Source: Verrucomicrobiota bacterium
Lineage (GTDB): Bacteria; Verrucomicrobiota; Verrucomicrobiia; Limisphaerales; Palsa-1400
DNA length: 64,000 nt
Assembly: GCA_049510745.1 (NCBI GenBank)
Contig: JBEKYR010000008.1
Location: forward strand, 96,001-160,000
Reading direction: 5' to 3'
This document shows, piece by piece, positions 53,309 to 63,335 of this stretch. Position 1 is the stretch's first letter; each line of letters opens with the position of its first letter. The translations under genes were made by a program, and so were the position numbers. Under the pieces are notes generated by a model. The model searched no databases and was not told the origin of the DNA. It worked only from the letters and a program-made list of their open reading frames with translations.

Positions 53309-56300
53309 TCAGTCGGAGGTGCGATAGTAGCGATGCGGGTAAAGGCTGGCGTTGGTGTCCTTGAATTCGAACAGTCCGTAGGGAGAGGCGGTGGCGCTGC
53401 CAATGATGCTCCATCTGACCAGATCGGTGGAGGCCTCGAAGTTGTAGGTAGTTCCGGGATTTCCGGCAAATTGAATCGTCGCCTGCCCGCCGCTCACTGT
53501 GGCGCCGAGGACGGACGAGCCGTTGCTGTTGGGAGGTTCCACCAAAACCGTTACGGCTCCATTGACAGCCAGGCCGAAGGAGGGCGCGAGCACGTAGTCG
53601 AAAGAGTCCGCGCCTATGAAGGCCGGCGGCGGGCTGTAGGTGATAAAGCCGTTGGCCAGTTGCACCGCGCCGCCTTGAGTGCTGGTGGGATCGACGGAGC
53701 CGACGACGAACGAATTGGCTGGCTGAACGGCAGATGGGAGTGTGAGTTGGCCGGTGGCGATCTGGGCGGGTTCGCCCGGCGCGGTTTGCATAACGTACGT
53801 CACGAGCAGGACAGCATTGGAACTGACGGCAGACCCGGCGCTGTTGCTGGCAATCACGCTATAGCTGCCGCCGTCAGTGGGCACGACATTGGAAATGGTG
53901 AGCGAGGGCCGGTTGGGCGCGCTGGGAATAGGAAGATTGTTGACTTGCCAGTGAAAATCGGGCGGCGGCGAGCCCGTGGCGGCCACAGTGAAGCTGATGG
54001 GACTTCCTGCGACGGTGTTCTGGCTGACAGGATTGGTTAGGATGGTCGGAGAAAAGTTTGTCGGCGAGATAACGACGTCATCCAACCCCAAAGCAGAGCC
54101 AAAAGTCTCAGAGGATGTGTCGGTGAAAATAATGGCCGTGTTCGTGGTGGTCGGGGTGAAGAGAAGTCTGAAGAGGCGCCACCCGCTTCCCGACGGGACG
54201 AACGTGTTGCTGGCCAAAACCGAGCCGTCGCTTGCGAGCGCCCTGGCTGAAAGGCTGACTCCGAACGGATACCCTTCCTCCAACGCGAGGGTCATCACGT
54301 AGCTTTGGCCCACAGAGGTGGTGAAGGTTTGTTCCAAAATGCCCGCAGGATGGGTGGAGCTGTCGTAGAAATTAATCCATTGACTGCCTGAATAGGCGCC
54401 GGTCACATGTTTGAGATAGACGGCATTACTCGGGCCGCCCACCGCCCACCCAGTCAACGAGAGTTGGCCCGGCTGGATTATGCTAGACGAGCCTGAACTA
54501 AGGACCGGAACCTCAAAATCACCGTTGGTGAAGGGCAAACCGAGAACGGTGAGCTGGGCTGCCGCGCTCACTGCGCCACCGGCCAGGTTCGTCGCCGTCG
54601 CCCAATAAAAACCCGCGCTCGGGCCGGACGCCGTCAGAGTCAAATTCGTGCCGTTGGCTCCGGAAATGGCGTTGGACCCTAGCGGCGTTCCCTCAAACCA
54701 TTGAAGGACGCCCGGTCCACCACCCAATGCGATATTGAACGTGACCGAGTTTCCGGCCGCCGCTGTTTGGCTGATGGGATTAGTCATGATTTCTGGCGCG
54801 ACCAGGTTTGTCTGGACAACTAACACATCATCCAGCGCCAAATCGACCGACGTAGTTTGTGGTGAAGTGTCCGTCAAGACAATCGTCGTCTCGGTGGTGG
54901 TCGGCGTGAACAGAAATCCAAAAACGCCCCACGCGCCTGTCCCCGGTACGAATGTGTTGCTGGCCAGGATGGAGCCGTCTCCGGCCAAAGCCTTGGCCGA
55001 AAGGCTGACCTTGCCCGCAGTGCCTCCAAATTGTCTCAAGGCGAAGGTAATCTCGTAGCGTTGGCCCACTGAAGCATTGAATGTTTGCGCCAGGATTCCG
55101 CCGGGGGGACTGTTGTTGGCGTTGAAGTCAATCCATTGATTTCCCGAATACGCGGCAGCGGAATTGCTGACGACAATGTCGCCGCCCGGCCCACCGACAA
55201 TCCATCCCGTCAGCCAGGTATCACCGGGATTTAATGTTTGGCTGGAATTTGCCACGATCGTTGGCGTCTCAAAATCGCCATTGGTGAAGGACTGGCCCGT
55301 AACCGTCAACTGCGCTGCCGTGCTCACCGCTCCGCCGAGGATGTTAGTCGCTATCGCCCAATAATAACCTGCCGAGGCACCAGACGCGGTCACCGTCAGG
55401 TTCGTGTCGATGCCTCCGGTGATGGCGTTGGAGCCAATCACCGTTCCGTAAAACCATTGGACGGCAGATGGGCCGCCGCCCAAAGCAATGTTAAACATTG
55501 CCGGGCTTCCCGCCGCCGCCGTTTGGTTGACCGGACTAGTCAGGATGATGGGGGGAGCGAGGTTTGTCGCCGTGACAGCCGTGTCATCCAGCGCCATGTA
55601 CCAGGAGTTTCCTTGCGGCGAGCTGTCCGTCAATATGATGCTCGTATCTTCCGTGGTCGGCGTGAACATCAATCCAAAAAGGCGCCACGCGTTGAGCGGT
55701 GGCACAAACGTGTTGCTGGCCAAAATAGAGCCGTCGCCCGCTACAGCCGTCACAGTCAGGCTGACCTGACCCGCGGTCCCTCCAACTTGCTCCAAGGCCA
55801 GGCTTAACAACTGGCTCTGCCCAAGCGGCGCGGTGAACGTTTGCTCCAAAACGCCTCCCGTCGAAAGGTGGTAATGGAACGTGATCCATTGATTTCCCGA
55901 ATAGCCGCCGCCGGAGGAATCATTAAGGTCAACGCCACTCAAACCTGCAATGGTCCATCCCGGCAGCCCAGTGTCGCCGAGACCGATATACTGGAAATTT
56001 GGCGCGATCACAGGCGTTTCAAAATCCCCGTTGGTAAAGGGCAATCCCAGCACGGCCAATTGCGCTGTCGCACTGACCCCCGTGCCGGCGACATTTCTCA
56101 CCGTCGCCCAATAAGAGCCTGCGGTGGTGGCGGACGCAGTCACGGTCAATTCTGTCCCGATGGCTCCGGGGACGGCGTTGGTTCCAAGCGCCGAGCGGTG
56201 AAACCATTGAATCTCGCCGGGACCGCCACCCGCCTCGATGCCAAAGGTCGCCAAACTTCCCACTTCCGCAGTTTGACTGGCGGGATTGTTCAGAATGGTG

Positions 56301-57823
56301 GGCGGGGCAATGTTCGTTGGCGCGACCATGACGTCGTCCAGGGCTAAATCGACCGCCTCCGTATTTCGGGAGGTGTCCGTCAATAAAACCGTCGTGTTGG
56401 TGGTGGTCGGAGTAAAGGGCAATTCGAATACGCCCCAAGCGGTTTGCGGAACAAACGTGTTGCTGGCCAGGACTGAACCGTCGCTTGCCAGCGCCGTCGC
56501 GCAAAGGCTGACCTCGTTGCTCGGGATTCCAGACCCGCTAATTTGCAGCAACGCCAAAGTCATCACGTAGCCTTGCCCCACAGAGGTGGAGAAAGTCTGC
56601 CCTAGAATGCCTCCTGGAGCACTGTCCCCTGCGTTGAAACTGATCCATTGATTTCCCGAATAGCCGCCGGAGGAATTATTGACGTTAATGTCGCCACCCG
56701 GCCCGCCGACGATCCATCCCGTCAGCCAGGTGTCGCCGGGATTTAACGCTTCAGAAGAATTCGCCGCCAGGACCGGCGTCTCGAAATCTCCATTGGTGAG
56801 CAGTTGTCCCAGGACGGTCAACTGCGCTGGCGTACTGATGGCGGCGGCGAGGAGATTCGTTACGACCGCCCAATACCAGCCAGCGGTAACGCCAGAGGCT
56901 GTCACGGTCAGATTAGTGTCGTTGGCTCCGGCAATGGCGTTGGTGCTGATTGCGGTCTCGTAGAACCATTGCACGACACCAGGTCCCCCGCCCAGCGTGA
57001 CGTTAAACGTTGCCGAATTACCCGCGACCACCGTTTGGCTGGCCGGATTGGTCAGGATGGTAGGCGGGGCAAGGTTCGTCGCCGCAATGTCCACGTCATC
57101 CAGCGCTAGGTCAACGGCAACCGTTTGCGGCGAAGTGTCAGTCAAGACGATGGTCGTAGTGGTTGCGGTTGGCATAAACAGCAACTGAAAAATTCCCCAG
57201 GTGCCTTGCGGCGGTGTGAAAGTGTTGCTGGCAAGGACCGACCCGTCGCCCGCCAGCATCTCGGCCGAAAGGCTAACCTCGTTGGCCGACCATCCTGCGA
57301 GTTGCTGTAGTGCCAGAGACATCACGTAGAGCTGGCCAATGGCGTTGGTGAAGGTTTGCGACAAGATCCCCCCCGGAGAACTGTCGCCGCTGTTGAAAAC
57401 GATCCATTGATTTCCCGAATAGCCGCCGGAGGAATTATTGACCGTGACGTCGCCGCCCGGCCCACCAACGATCCATCCCGTCAGCCAAGTGTCGCCCGGA
57501 TTCAACGCCTGGCTGGAATTTGCCGCGATCACCGGCGTCTCAAAATCACCGTTAGTGAATGGCTGGCCGGAGGCCAACAGGCAAGCTGAAAGATAAAACG
57601 CCAGTGAAAACGACGAAGCGCGCGAAAAGGTTGAAAAAGGAATGGATGCTTGGTTGTTCGCGGCTGAGATTACTGACGTTTTCGCTTCGGTTGAGAACCT
57701 ACGGGCCGTGCAAGGCGCAACCATTCCGCACCGTTCACCTCCGGGAGGCTTGCGGAGGCCTTTTGCCGTTCGAACAGCATCTCCCCCGGAGCTTCTTTGC
57801 GTCAATCTCCCCCGCTCTTTCAT
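53309..57823 (-). CDS. Large secreted repeat protein: five [DUF642-like jelly-roll + Ig] units and a C-terminal domain (true start probably downstream of 57823)
   Basis: Five 'TNGDFE.P...GW...YSG.QWI.F...G.L.QTF...LDD' units, each followed by 'P.ILTNP.SQ' Ig; tail 'YNFEASTDL..W...F.DTNA....RYYR'. Confidence 0.8.
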   Translation of the reverse strand: MKERGRLTQRSSGGDAVRTAKGLRKPPGGERCGMVAPCTARRFSTEAKTSVISAANNQASIPFSTFSRASSFSLAFYLSACLLASGQPFTNGDFETPVIAANSSQALNPGDTWLTGWIVGGPGGDVTVNNSSGGYSGNQWIVFNSGDSSPGGILSQTFTNAIGQLYVMSLALQQLAGWSANEVSLSAEMLAGDGSVLASNTFTPPQGTWGIFQLLFMPTATTTTIVLTDTSPQTVAVDLALDDVDIAATNLAPPTILTNPASQTVVAGNSATFNVTLGGGPGVVQWFYETAISTNAIAGANDTNLTVTASGVTAGWYWAVVTNLLAAAISTPAQLTVLGQLLTNGDFETPVLAANSSEALNPGDTWLTGWIVGGPGGDINVNNSSGGYSGNQWISFNAGDSAPGGILGQTFSTSVGQGYVMTLALLQISGSGIPSNEVSLCATALASDGSVLASNTFVPQTAWGVFELPFTPTTTNTTVLLTDTSRNTEAVDLALDDVMVAPTNIAPPTILNNPASQTAEVGSLATFGIEAGGGPGEIQWFHRSALGTNAVPGAIGTELTVTASATTAGSYWATVRNVAGTGVSATAQLAVLGLPFTNGDFETPVIAPNFQYIGLGDTGLPGWTIAGLSGVDLNDSSGGGYSGNQWITFHYHLSTGGVLEQTFTAPLGQSQLLSLALEQVGGTAGQVSLTVTAVAGDGSILASNTFVPPLNAWRLFGLMFTPTTEDTSIILTDSSPQGNSWYMALDDTAVTATNLAPPIILTSPVNQTAAAGSPAMFNIALGGGPSAVQWFYGTVIGSNAITGGIDTNLTVTASGASAGYYWAIATNILGGAVSTAAQLTVTGQSFTNGDFETPTIVANSSQTLNPGDTWLTGWIVGGPGGDIVVSNSAAAYSGNQWIDFNANNSPPGGILAQTFNASVGQRYEITFALRQFGGTAGKVSLSAKALAGDGSILASNTFVPGTGAWGVFGFLFTPTTTETTIVLTDTSPQTTSVDLALDDVLVVQTNLVAPEIMTNPISQTAAAGNSVTFNIALGGGPGVLQWFEGTPLGSNAISGANGTNLTLTASGPSAGFYWATATNLAGGAVSAAAQLTVLGLPFTNGDFEVPVLSSGSSSIIQPGQLSLTGWAVGGPSNAVYLKHVTGAYSGSQWINFYDSSTHPAGILEQTFTTSVGQSYVMTLALEEGYPFGVSLSARALASDGSVLASNTFVPSGSGWRLFRLLFTPTTTNTAIIFTDTSSETFGSALGLDDVVISPTNFSPTILTNPVSQNTVAGSPISFTVAATGSPPPDFHWQVNNLPIPSAPNRPSLTISNVVPTDGGSYSVIASNSAGSAVSSNAVLLVTYVMQTAPGEPAQIATGQLTLPSAVQPANSFVVGSVDPTSTQGGAVQLANGFITYSPPPAFIGADSFDYVLAPSFGLAVNGAVTVLVEPPNSNGSSVLGATVSGGQATIQFAGNPGTTYNFEASTDLVRWSIIGSATASPYGLFEFKDTNASLYPHRYYRTSD

Positions 57824-57909
57824 GTTGGAATTATGAGGAGAAGCCGCTTTGGTGTCATTAAATATATTTTTGAATCATATCGGTTTTTGGCGTTTTGTCC
57901 GTTGCCACT

Positions 57910-58504
57910 CCCTGTCTATCTTCTTGTCCGCCATAGCCTTCCGCCAGCGGAGGTCTCCCTTCGCGGCCGGGAAAAATTCTCGCGTTTTTCCTTCCATAGG
58001 TTTTTCGTCTTGATACACCTCTGCTTAAATCAAGCCAGGATGAGAAGAAAACATCTCAGAGAGAGCCGCGGATGCAGCGCCCAAGGATTTGGGCCCGCAA
58101 CGAGACACAAGGCGGGCCTGCCCGCCTTCTTGTCCGCCGTAGCTTTAGCGAAGGCGGAAGACGACAGACGCCGTCGCGTCGAACATCTCCTCGGCGTCGC
58201 GGGCGGCCCCGACGCCAACGGATTTGACGTAAAAACTCAAACCTGGTCCGGTCCAAACGCCGACATCATGAACCGCCAACACCGGAAACTGCTCCTAAGA
58301 GCCGCCAAAGAAGCCGGAATCGACCTGGAAAACGAAGTCCTGAACCCGGAGAAATCCGGACAAATCCGGACAAATCCGGACAAATCTGGCCAAATCTGGC
58401 CAAAAAATGAAAATTCAAAAAATACCCGGCCCCGACGACGACGAACGGTTACAAGAAACCTTACAAAGCTCGGCGCCGATGAGAGCAATTTTGACTCTGC
58501 CTGA
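57910..58504 (+). other. Dispersed element C: 54-nt motif (57988-58041), ORF 58040-58504, 10-mer array (58343-58403)
   Basis: Homologous to 36290-36850; array (AATCCGGACA)n. Confidence 0.75.
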
Positions 58505-58595
58505 CATTTGGCGTTAAATCGTCGGGATTGAACGACACCGCTTCCCATATCGCCATGCCGGCCAGAAGGAAAACCTTGTTTCGGCCGCCCCGCCC

Positions 58596-59315
58596 ATGAC
58601 CGGCGCGATCATCAACGCCATCGGCATCGTGCTCGGCGGACTGTGGGCGCTGGCGATCCGCAAGCGCATCCCGGCGCGGTATCAATTCGTGCTCAAAGTG
58701 GCGCTGGGCGTTTATACCTGCTGGTTCGGGTTGAGGCTGACTTGGGCGAGCTTCAACGGGAGCTGGCGGCAACTGACCAAGGAACTTTGCATCGTCCTTT
58801 TGGCCATGGCCCTGGGAAAAATGGCCGGCAAACTCATGCGCCTGCAAAAAATGTCCAACTCCATCGGCCATTACGCCACGCGCTCCCTGGCCGCGCCCGC
58901 GGGCCGCCGGCAATTCAGCGACGGATTCCTGCTGGCGACGGCGTTGTTTTGCGCCGGGCCGCTGGCGCTGCTGGCCTCGGTGCAGGAAGGGCTGACCGGG
59001 TTCTCGCCCGTGTTTCTGGTCAAGGCGGGGACCGACGGGCTGGCGACCCTGGCCTTTTGCGCGACCTACGGATGGAGCGCGGCGGTGTCGGCGCTGCCGG
59101 TTTTGGCGTTTGAAGGGGCGCTCATCCGGGCGGTGCGTTTGCTCGAACCGACCCTGGCCGCCCAGCCCTGGCCGCTGATCGATTCGATCAACGCGGTGGA
59201 CGGATTGCTCATCTTCTGCGTGGCCATGCTGATTTTGGACCTGAAAAAAATCTCCGTGGCCGACTATTTCCCCAGCTTGATCTTCGCGCCGCTGCTGACG
59301 TGGTGGCTGTGGTAA
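58596..59315 (+). CDS. DUF554 family membrane protein
   Basis: 'G.IINAI.IVLGG', 'GF..AT.LFC.GPL....S...GL.G', 'K...DG'. Confidence 0.85.
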   Translation: MTGAIINAIGIVLGGLWALAIRKRIPARYQFVLKVALGVYTCWFGLRLTWASFNGSWRQLTKELCIVLLAMALGKMAGKLMRLQKMSNSIGHYATRSLAAPAGRRQFSDGFLLATALFCAGPLALLASVQEGLTGFSPVFLVKAGTDGLATLAFCATYGWSAAVSALPVLAFEGALIRAVRLLEPTLAAQPWPLIDSINAVDGLLIFCVAMLILDLKKISVADYFPSLIFAPLLTWWLW

Positions 59316-59351
59316 AACGCCCGCTTGGACATTCAGGAGGCGGGCGGCACT

Positions 59352-59585
59352 CTAGGTCTTGCCCAGGCCGCTGCGCGCGAGCATTTTCATCATCCATTGA
59401 TCCGCCTCCTCGTGGGTTTTGAAGCGATAAACGCCTTTGGCCGCCCAGCGATGCTTGAACGCCCGGTGAAATTCCACCGCCGCCGCCTGCAATTGCATCC
59501 CGGCTTTCAGACTGTCGGGTGTTTTTGTGCGGCGACCGACAAATCGATCAATCTTTTCTTCCAGGTTGACAAAGGGCTGTTTCAC
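59352..59585 (-). CDS. Small hypothetical protein of the type usually paired with a nucleotidyltransferase
   Basis: 'VNLEEKIDRFVGRR...KGVYRFKTHEEADQW'; the pairing is recalled, not verified. Confidence 0.55.
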   Translation of the reverse strand: MKQPFVNLEEKIDRFVGRRTKTPDSLKAGMQLQAAAVEFHRAFKHRWAAKGVYRFKTHEEADQWMMKMLARSGLGKT

Positions 59586-59646
59586 GCCGCGATCACGATA
59601 GGCCCCGACGCGGCACAAAGCAAGCAGGCACGTCCAGCGCCACCGA

Positions 59647-60801
59647 TCATCCGGCGCTTTTCAAAATGGCGGCCAACTCGGCGGGCGTCAGAACAATGGG
59701 ATTGGCTTTCATGCTGCTGGCTTTGGCCGCTTTTTCAATCACTTCGGACGCGTCGCGGGCGGTGAGTCCATAGGTGGCCAGCGGTGGAATGCGCAAGTCG
59801 CCCACCAGTTGGCGGACCCATTCGATGCCGTGCTCGGCCGTTGCGGCGGCGTTTCCGGTGAGGATTCGCGCCACGACTTCGTAGCGGCGCAGGCCTTCGC
59901 CGGCGGAGTCGCGCTCGCCGAGCGCGCGGATGTTCGCCTTCATGACATGCGGGAGAAGCGCGGCGCAGACGGCGCCGTGCGGCGCTTCAAACATGCCGCC
60001 GATGGCGCCGGCAAAACCATGCACCGCGCCCAAGCCGGCGTTGGCCAGCGCCATCCCGCCAAACAGGCTGGCCAGCGCCATGTCTTCGCGCGCGGCGGCG
60101 TCCTGGCCCCGTTCAACAGCGACCCGCAACGAGCGCGTGGCGCGGCGCATCCCTTCGACACACAGCGCATCGGTCATCGCTTGGGCGCGGCAACAGACGT
60201 AAGGCTCGATGAGTTGGGTCAAGGCGTCCAGCCCGGTGCTGGCGGTGATGGCGGGCGGCAAACCGTAAGTGAGTTCCGGATCGACCAGCGCGATTTTCGG
60301 GAGCATCGACGGACTGCGCAGACTGGCCTTCACGCGATGGACGGGCGAGGCGAGCACGGCGTTGCGCGTCACCTCCGTGCCGGTGCCAGCCGTCGTCGGG
60401 ATGGCGAGGAACGGCGCGGATGGCTCGCGCAAGGGTTTGCCGCCGCCGATGACTTCGAGATAATCGAGCACGTCACCGGGATTGGTCAGCATCGCGGCGA
60501 TGGCTTTGCCGGTGTCCAAGGCGCTGCCGCCGCCGAAGCCGATGACAAGGTCGCAATTCTCCCCGGCGGCGCGCTTCACGCCGTGTTCAATGGTTTCAAT
60601 GCCGGGTTCTCCGGAAACGGAAAAGGGCGAGGACAGAACTCCGTTTTCCCGGAGGGAATCGAGCAGAAAATGCGCGCGAGCCGCGTCGCGCCCGGTGACA
60701 ACGAGCGCGCGCCGGCCGAAGTCCCTGGCGAGCCGCCCGGCCTCGCGCGCCGCGCCGGGGCCAAAAATGACGCGGCCGGCGGTGGCGAATTCAAACCGCA
60801 T
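59647..60801 (-). CDS. Iron-containing alcohol dehydrogenase
   Basis: 'GGGSALDTGK', 'IPTTAGTGTEVT', 'GLDALTQ', 'GAVHG', 'PHG'. Confidence 0.93.
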   Translation of the reverse strand: MRFEFATAGRVIFGPGAAREAGRLARDFGRRALVVTGRDAARAHFLLDSLRENGVLSSPFSVSGEPGIETIEHGVKRAAGENCDLVIGFGGGSALDTGKAIAAMLTNPGDVLDYLEVIGGGKPLREPSAPFLAIPTTAGTGTEVTRNAVLASPVHRVKASLRSPSMLPKIALVDPELTYGLPPAITASTGLDALTQLIEPYVCCRAQAMTDALCVEGMRRATRSLRVAVERGQDAAAREDMALASLFGGMALANAGLGAVHGFAGAIGGMFEAPHGAVCAALLPHVMKANIRALGERDSAGEGLRRYEVVARILTGNAAATAEHGIEWVRQLVGDLRIPPLATYGLTARDASEVIEKAAKASSMKANPIVLTPAELAAILKSAG

Positions 60802-60804
60802 AGC

Positions 60805-61110
60805 TCACCACTTGGAATTGTCGGGAAATAGATTGACGAACTTCACACTGCTGCGCGGCTCCACCGTCAGGCCCGCGACGGCATCGCGCCAGACTTGGTA
60901 ATGTTTCGTCTCCTTATGCCGGGCGGGCGCCTCGGCATTGCGATAGGCTTCGACCAAGATGAAGCGGGTTGGATCATCGGCCTGCTGAAGGCAGTCGAAG
61001 CGGGCGATGCCCGATTCCCTGAGACTTTCGCGCGCGTTGGCCAGAGTAGCCCGCTGGAACGCCTCGACGCACTCCGGCTTGACATGGATGTGAACGTGAA
61101 CAATGAGCAT
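60805..61110 (-). CDS. ABM/LsrG-like cofactor-independent monooxygenase
   Basis: 'NARES..E.G..RFD......RF.L.EAY......HK.T.HY..WR'. Confidence 0.85.
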   Translation of the reverse strand: MLIVHVHIHVKPECVEAFQRATLANARESLRESGIARFDCLQQADDPTRFILVEAYRNAEAPARHKETKHYQVWRDAVAGLTVEPRSSVKFVNLFPDNSKW

Positions 61111-61169
61111 AGATTATGCAATAACCTGCCCGAAACCCGCCCACACGTAAAGCCGCAGTCTTCTCTTTG

Positions 61170-61823
61170 TCAGTGCGCGCTGATGTCGCCGGAGCCGGTG
61201 ACGTTTTTCCGCACTTGCGGCGGATTCCCGTAATAATGCACGTCGCCCGAGCCGGTCACGGTGGCCTCCAGTTGTTCGGTGGCCCGAACGGTCGCGTCGC
61301 CGGACCCGGTCACGTTGACCCGGACGTCTTTGGCGGCAAGATCGCCGGCCTGCAAGTCGCCGGAACCGGTGATCTGCGCGCGCAGGTGATCGGCGGCGCC
61401 CTTGAGGGTGACATCGCCGGAGCCGGTCACGGTGGCCTCCATGTCGCCCGCCTTCAATCCCGTGACGTGGATGTCGCCGGAGCCTGAGACCGACACGCCG
61501 TTAAGCTCGGGCACGGTGATTTTCACGTTCACGCCGTGGCTGGTGTTGTAGGACTGTTTGGAGCCGATTTTGAGCGTGTCGCCCTCGACCGTCGTTTCGA
61601 TCACGGGGAGAATGTTGTCATCGGCGGTGACGGCCACCGAGGTGGCGGGACCGACGGCGACTTCGACATCGGGCGAGCCGGTGAGGTCGATTTTCGAGAA
61701 GGAGCCGACGGCGCGGGACTCGGTTTTGGAGATGCCGGAGCCGTGAATGGCGTTGGGGTTGCAGTCACCGACGGTGACCAGGCCGAGACATAAAACGGGT
61801 AGGGACGCGATTCTCATACTCAT
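61170..61823 (-). CDS. DUF2807 (head GIN domain) protein, possibly a lipoprotein
   Basis: Repeated 'TGSGD' beta-helix units and 'F.KIDL.GS.DV'. Confidence 0.88.
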   Translation of the reverse strand: MSMRIASLPVLCLGLVTVGDCNPNAIHGSGISKTESRAVGSFSKIDLTGSPDVEVAVGPATSVAVTADDNILPVIETTVEGDTLKIGSKQSYNTSHGVNVKITVPELNGVSVSGSGDIHVTGLKAGDMEATVTGSGDVTLKGAADHLRAQITGSGDLQAGDLAAKDVRVNVTGSGDATVRATEQLEATVTGSGDVHYYGNPPQVRKNVTGSGDISAH

Positions 61824-61969
61824 TGGACACGCCTGGAGGCGTAAATGTTTCAAAAAACTCCGGGCCGGAGGTCCGGCTGGAAAACGGGACTTTTGAATGT
61901 GTCAGCCAGGGGCGCTCGACAAAGCCGCCAAGGGAATCCACTGAGAGTGGACGCGATGACGGGAGAATC

Positions 61970-63310
61970 TCAGTGGCTTTCGGCAGCGCTCGATTCGATT
62001 CGGTAGAGGTGGGTCCGGGTTCGGAGGAAGAACGCCTTGCCTGCCGCCGCCGGCGACGCCATGAAGCCGCCGGCCAGCGTGTTGGTCGCCAGGACTTCGC
62101 AGGTGCGACCGGGCTTGAGCACGGTCGTGGTGCCCTGTTGATTGAAGAAATACAATCGTCCGTCCGCATAAATGGGAGAGGCTTCGTAGCCCCCGCCGAT
62201 GCGTTCGGTCCAGACGATGTTTCCCGTGGCGGCGTCCAGGCAGGAAAGGAAACTCTCCTCGGCCGCGGTGTAAATGAGGCCATCCACCAGAATCGGCGAA
62301 GCGTACTTGCCCACGTGTGTTTTGGCCTTCCACAGCACGTGCGTGTCGGTCACGTCGCCCTGGCCGTCGGCCTTGACGGCCCACAATTCGGTTTTCTCCA
62401 GGCCGGTGACGAAGTAGGCCAAGCCGCGGTCAAAGAGCGGCCTCGGCGCCACGGACCAATCAGCATAGCGAACGCGCCACAGTTCCCGTCCGGTGCGAGG
62501 ATCGTAGGAGTAGGCCGCCTTGGCGCCGGCGCTCAACATCTGAAGTTTATCTTCCGGCCTGACGATAAGCGGGGTGCTGTGGGCTTTGCGCCGGTCGCCG
62601 TCCTTGACCATTTGGCTCGGGTCATCCTGATCGTTCCACGCCACAGAGCGATCGGTTTTCCAAACGGTGCGCCCGCTGTTCTTGTCGAGAGCGACGCTAT
62701 ACTCCAAATTGACGCCATCCAGGGTCAGGATCAACAAGTCCTCGAACAGGACGGGAGAAGAAGACGGCCCTCGATAATGCCGGCACGGCAGGTCGTCGCG
62801 TTTCCAGACGACTTTGGCCGTCGCCGTGTCCAGGCAGGCCGTGCCATAGCTGCCGAAGTGCAGGTAAACACGACCCGGCTCAATCGTCGGCGAAGGGGTG
62901 GCATAGCTGTTGACATTGTTGCCCAGCCTCTCCGGAGTATCGCAGTGAAAAAGTTTCTCATTGAAGCGAATTTTCCCCGTGTCAGCGTCCACACAAAGGG
63001 CGAAGAAGTCATGTCCATCTTCCGTGGCAGTGGTCAACCAGACCTGGCTCTCCATCACAACCGGGGTGGACCAGCCGCGATACGGGATTTCAGTTTTCCA
63101 TTTGACGTTCTCCGTCTCGCTCCACTGGAGCGGAAAACCGGCCACTTTGCTGTCTCCGGGAGCCGAGACATGGCCGTCACCCCAAGGCCCGCGGAACTCC
63201 GGCCAGACCGCTCCGGCTGTCGCCGACCGGCCGGCCAGTGCAACCAGGATGGCAGCGGAAACGGATACGCTATCAAAGATGAAGCACGAAGCTTTCATAG
63301 ATTGGGACAT
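61970..63310 (-). CDS. PQQ-like beta-propeller repeat protein
   Basis: 'WPEFRGP', 'WSETENVKWKTEIP..GWSTPV', 'ASP' repeats, 'LRT...LYRI'. Confidence 0.88.
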   Translation of the reverse strand: MSQSMKASCFIFDSVSVSAAILVALAGRSATAGAVWPEFRGPWGDGHVSAPGDSKVAGFPLQWSETENVKWKTEIPYRGWSTPVVMESQVWLTTATEDGHDFFALCVDADTGKIRFNEKLFHCDTPERLGNNVNSYATPSPTIEPGRVYLHFGSYGTACLDTATAKVVWKRDDLPCRHYRGPSSSPVLFEDLLILTLDGVNLEYSVALDKNSGRTVWKTDRSVAWNDQDDPSQMVKDGDRRKAHSTPLIVRPEDKLQMLSAGAKAAYSYDPRTGRELWRVRYADWSVAPRPLFDRGLAYFVTGLEKTELWAVKADGQGDVTDTHVLWKAKTHVGKYASPILVDGLIYTAAEESFLSCLDAATGNIVWTERIGGGYEASPIYADGRLYFFNQQGTTTVLKPGRTCEVLATNTLAGGFMASPAAAGKAFFLRTRTHLYRIESSAAESH

Positions 63311-63335
63311 TACTTATGTGATTGGGGAGTTCCGC

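Noticed and set aside
53309..57600. Diversity-generating retroelement template/variable repeats
   Set aside because: The repeats are in-frame protein domains differing at all base types, and no reverse transcriptase is present.
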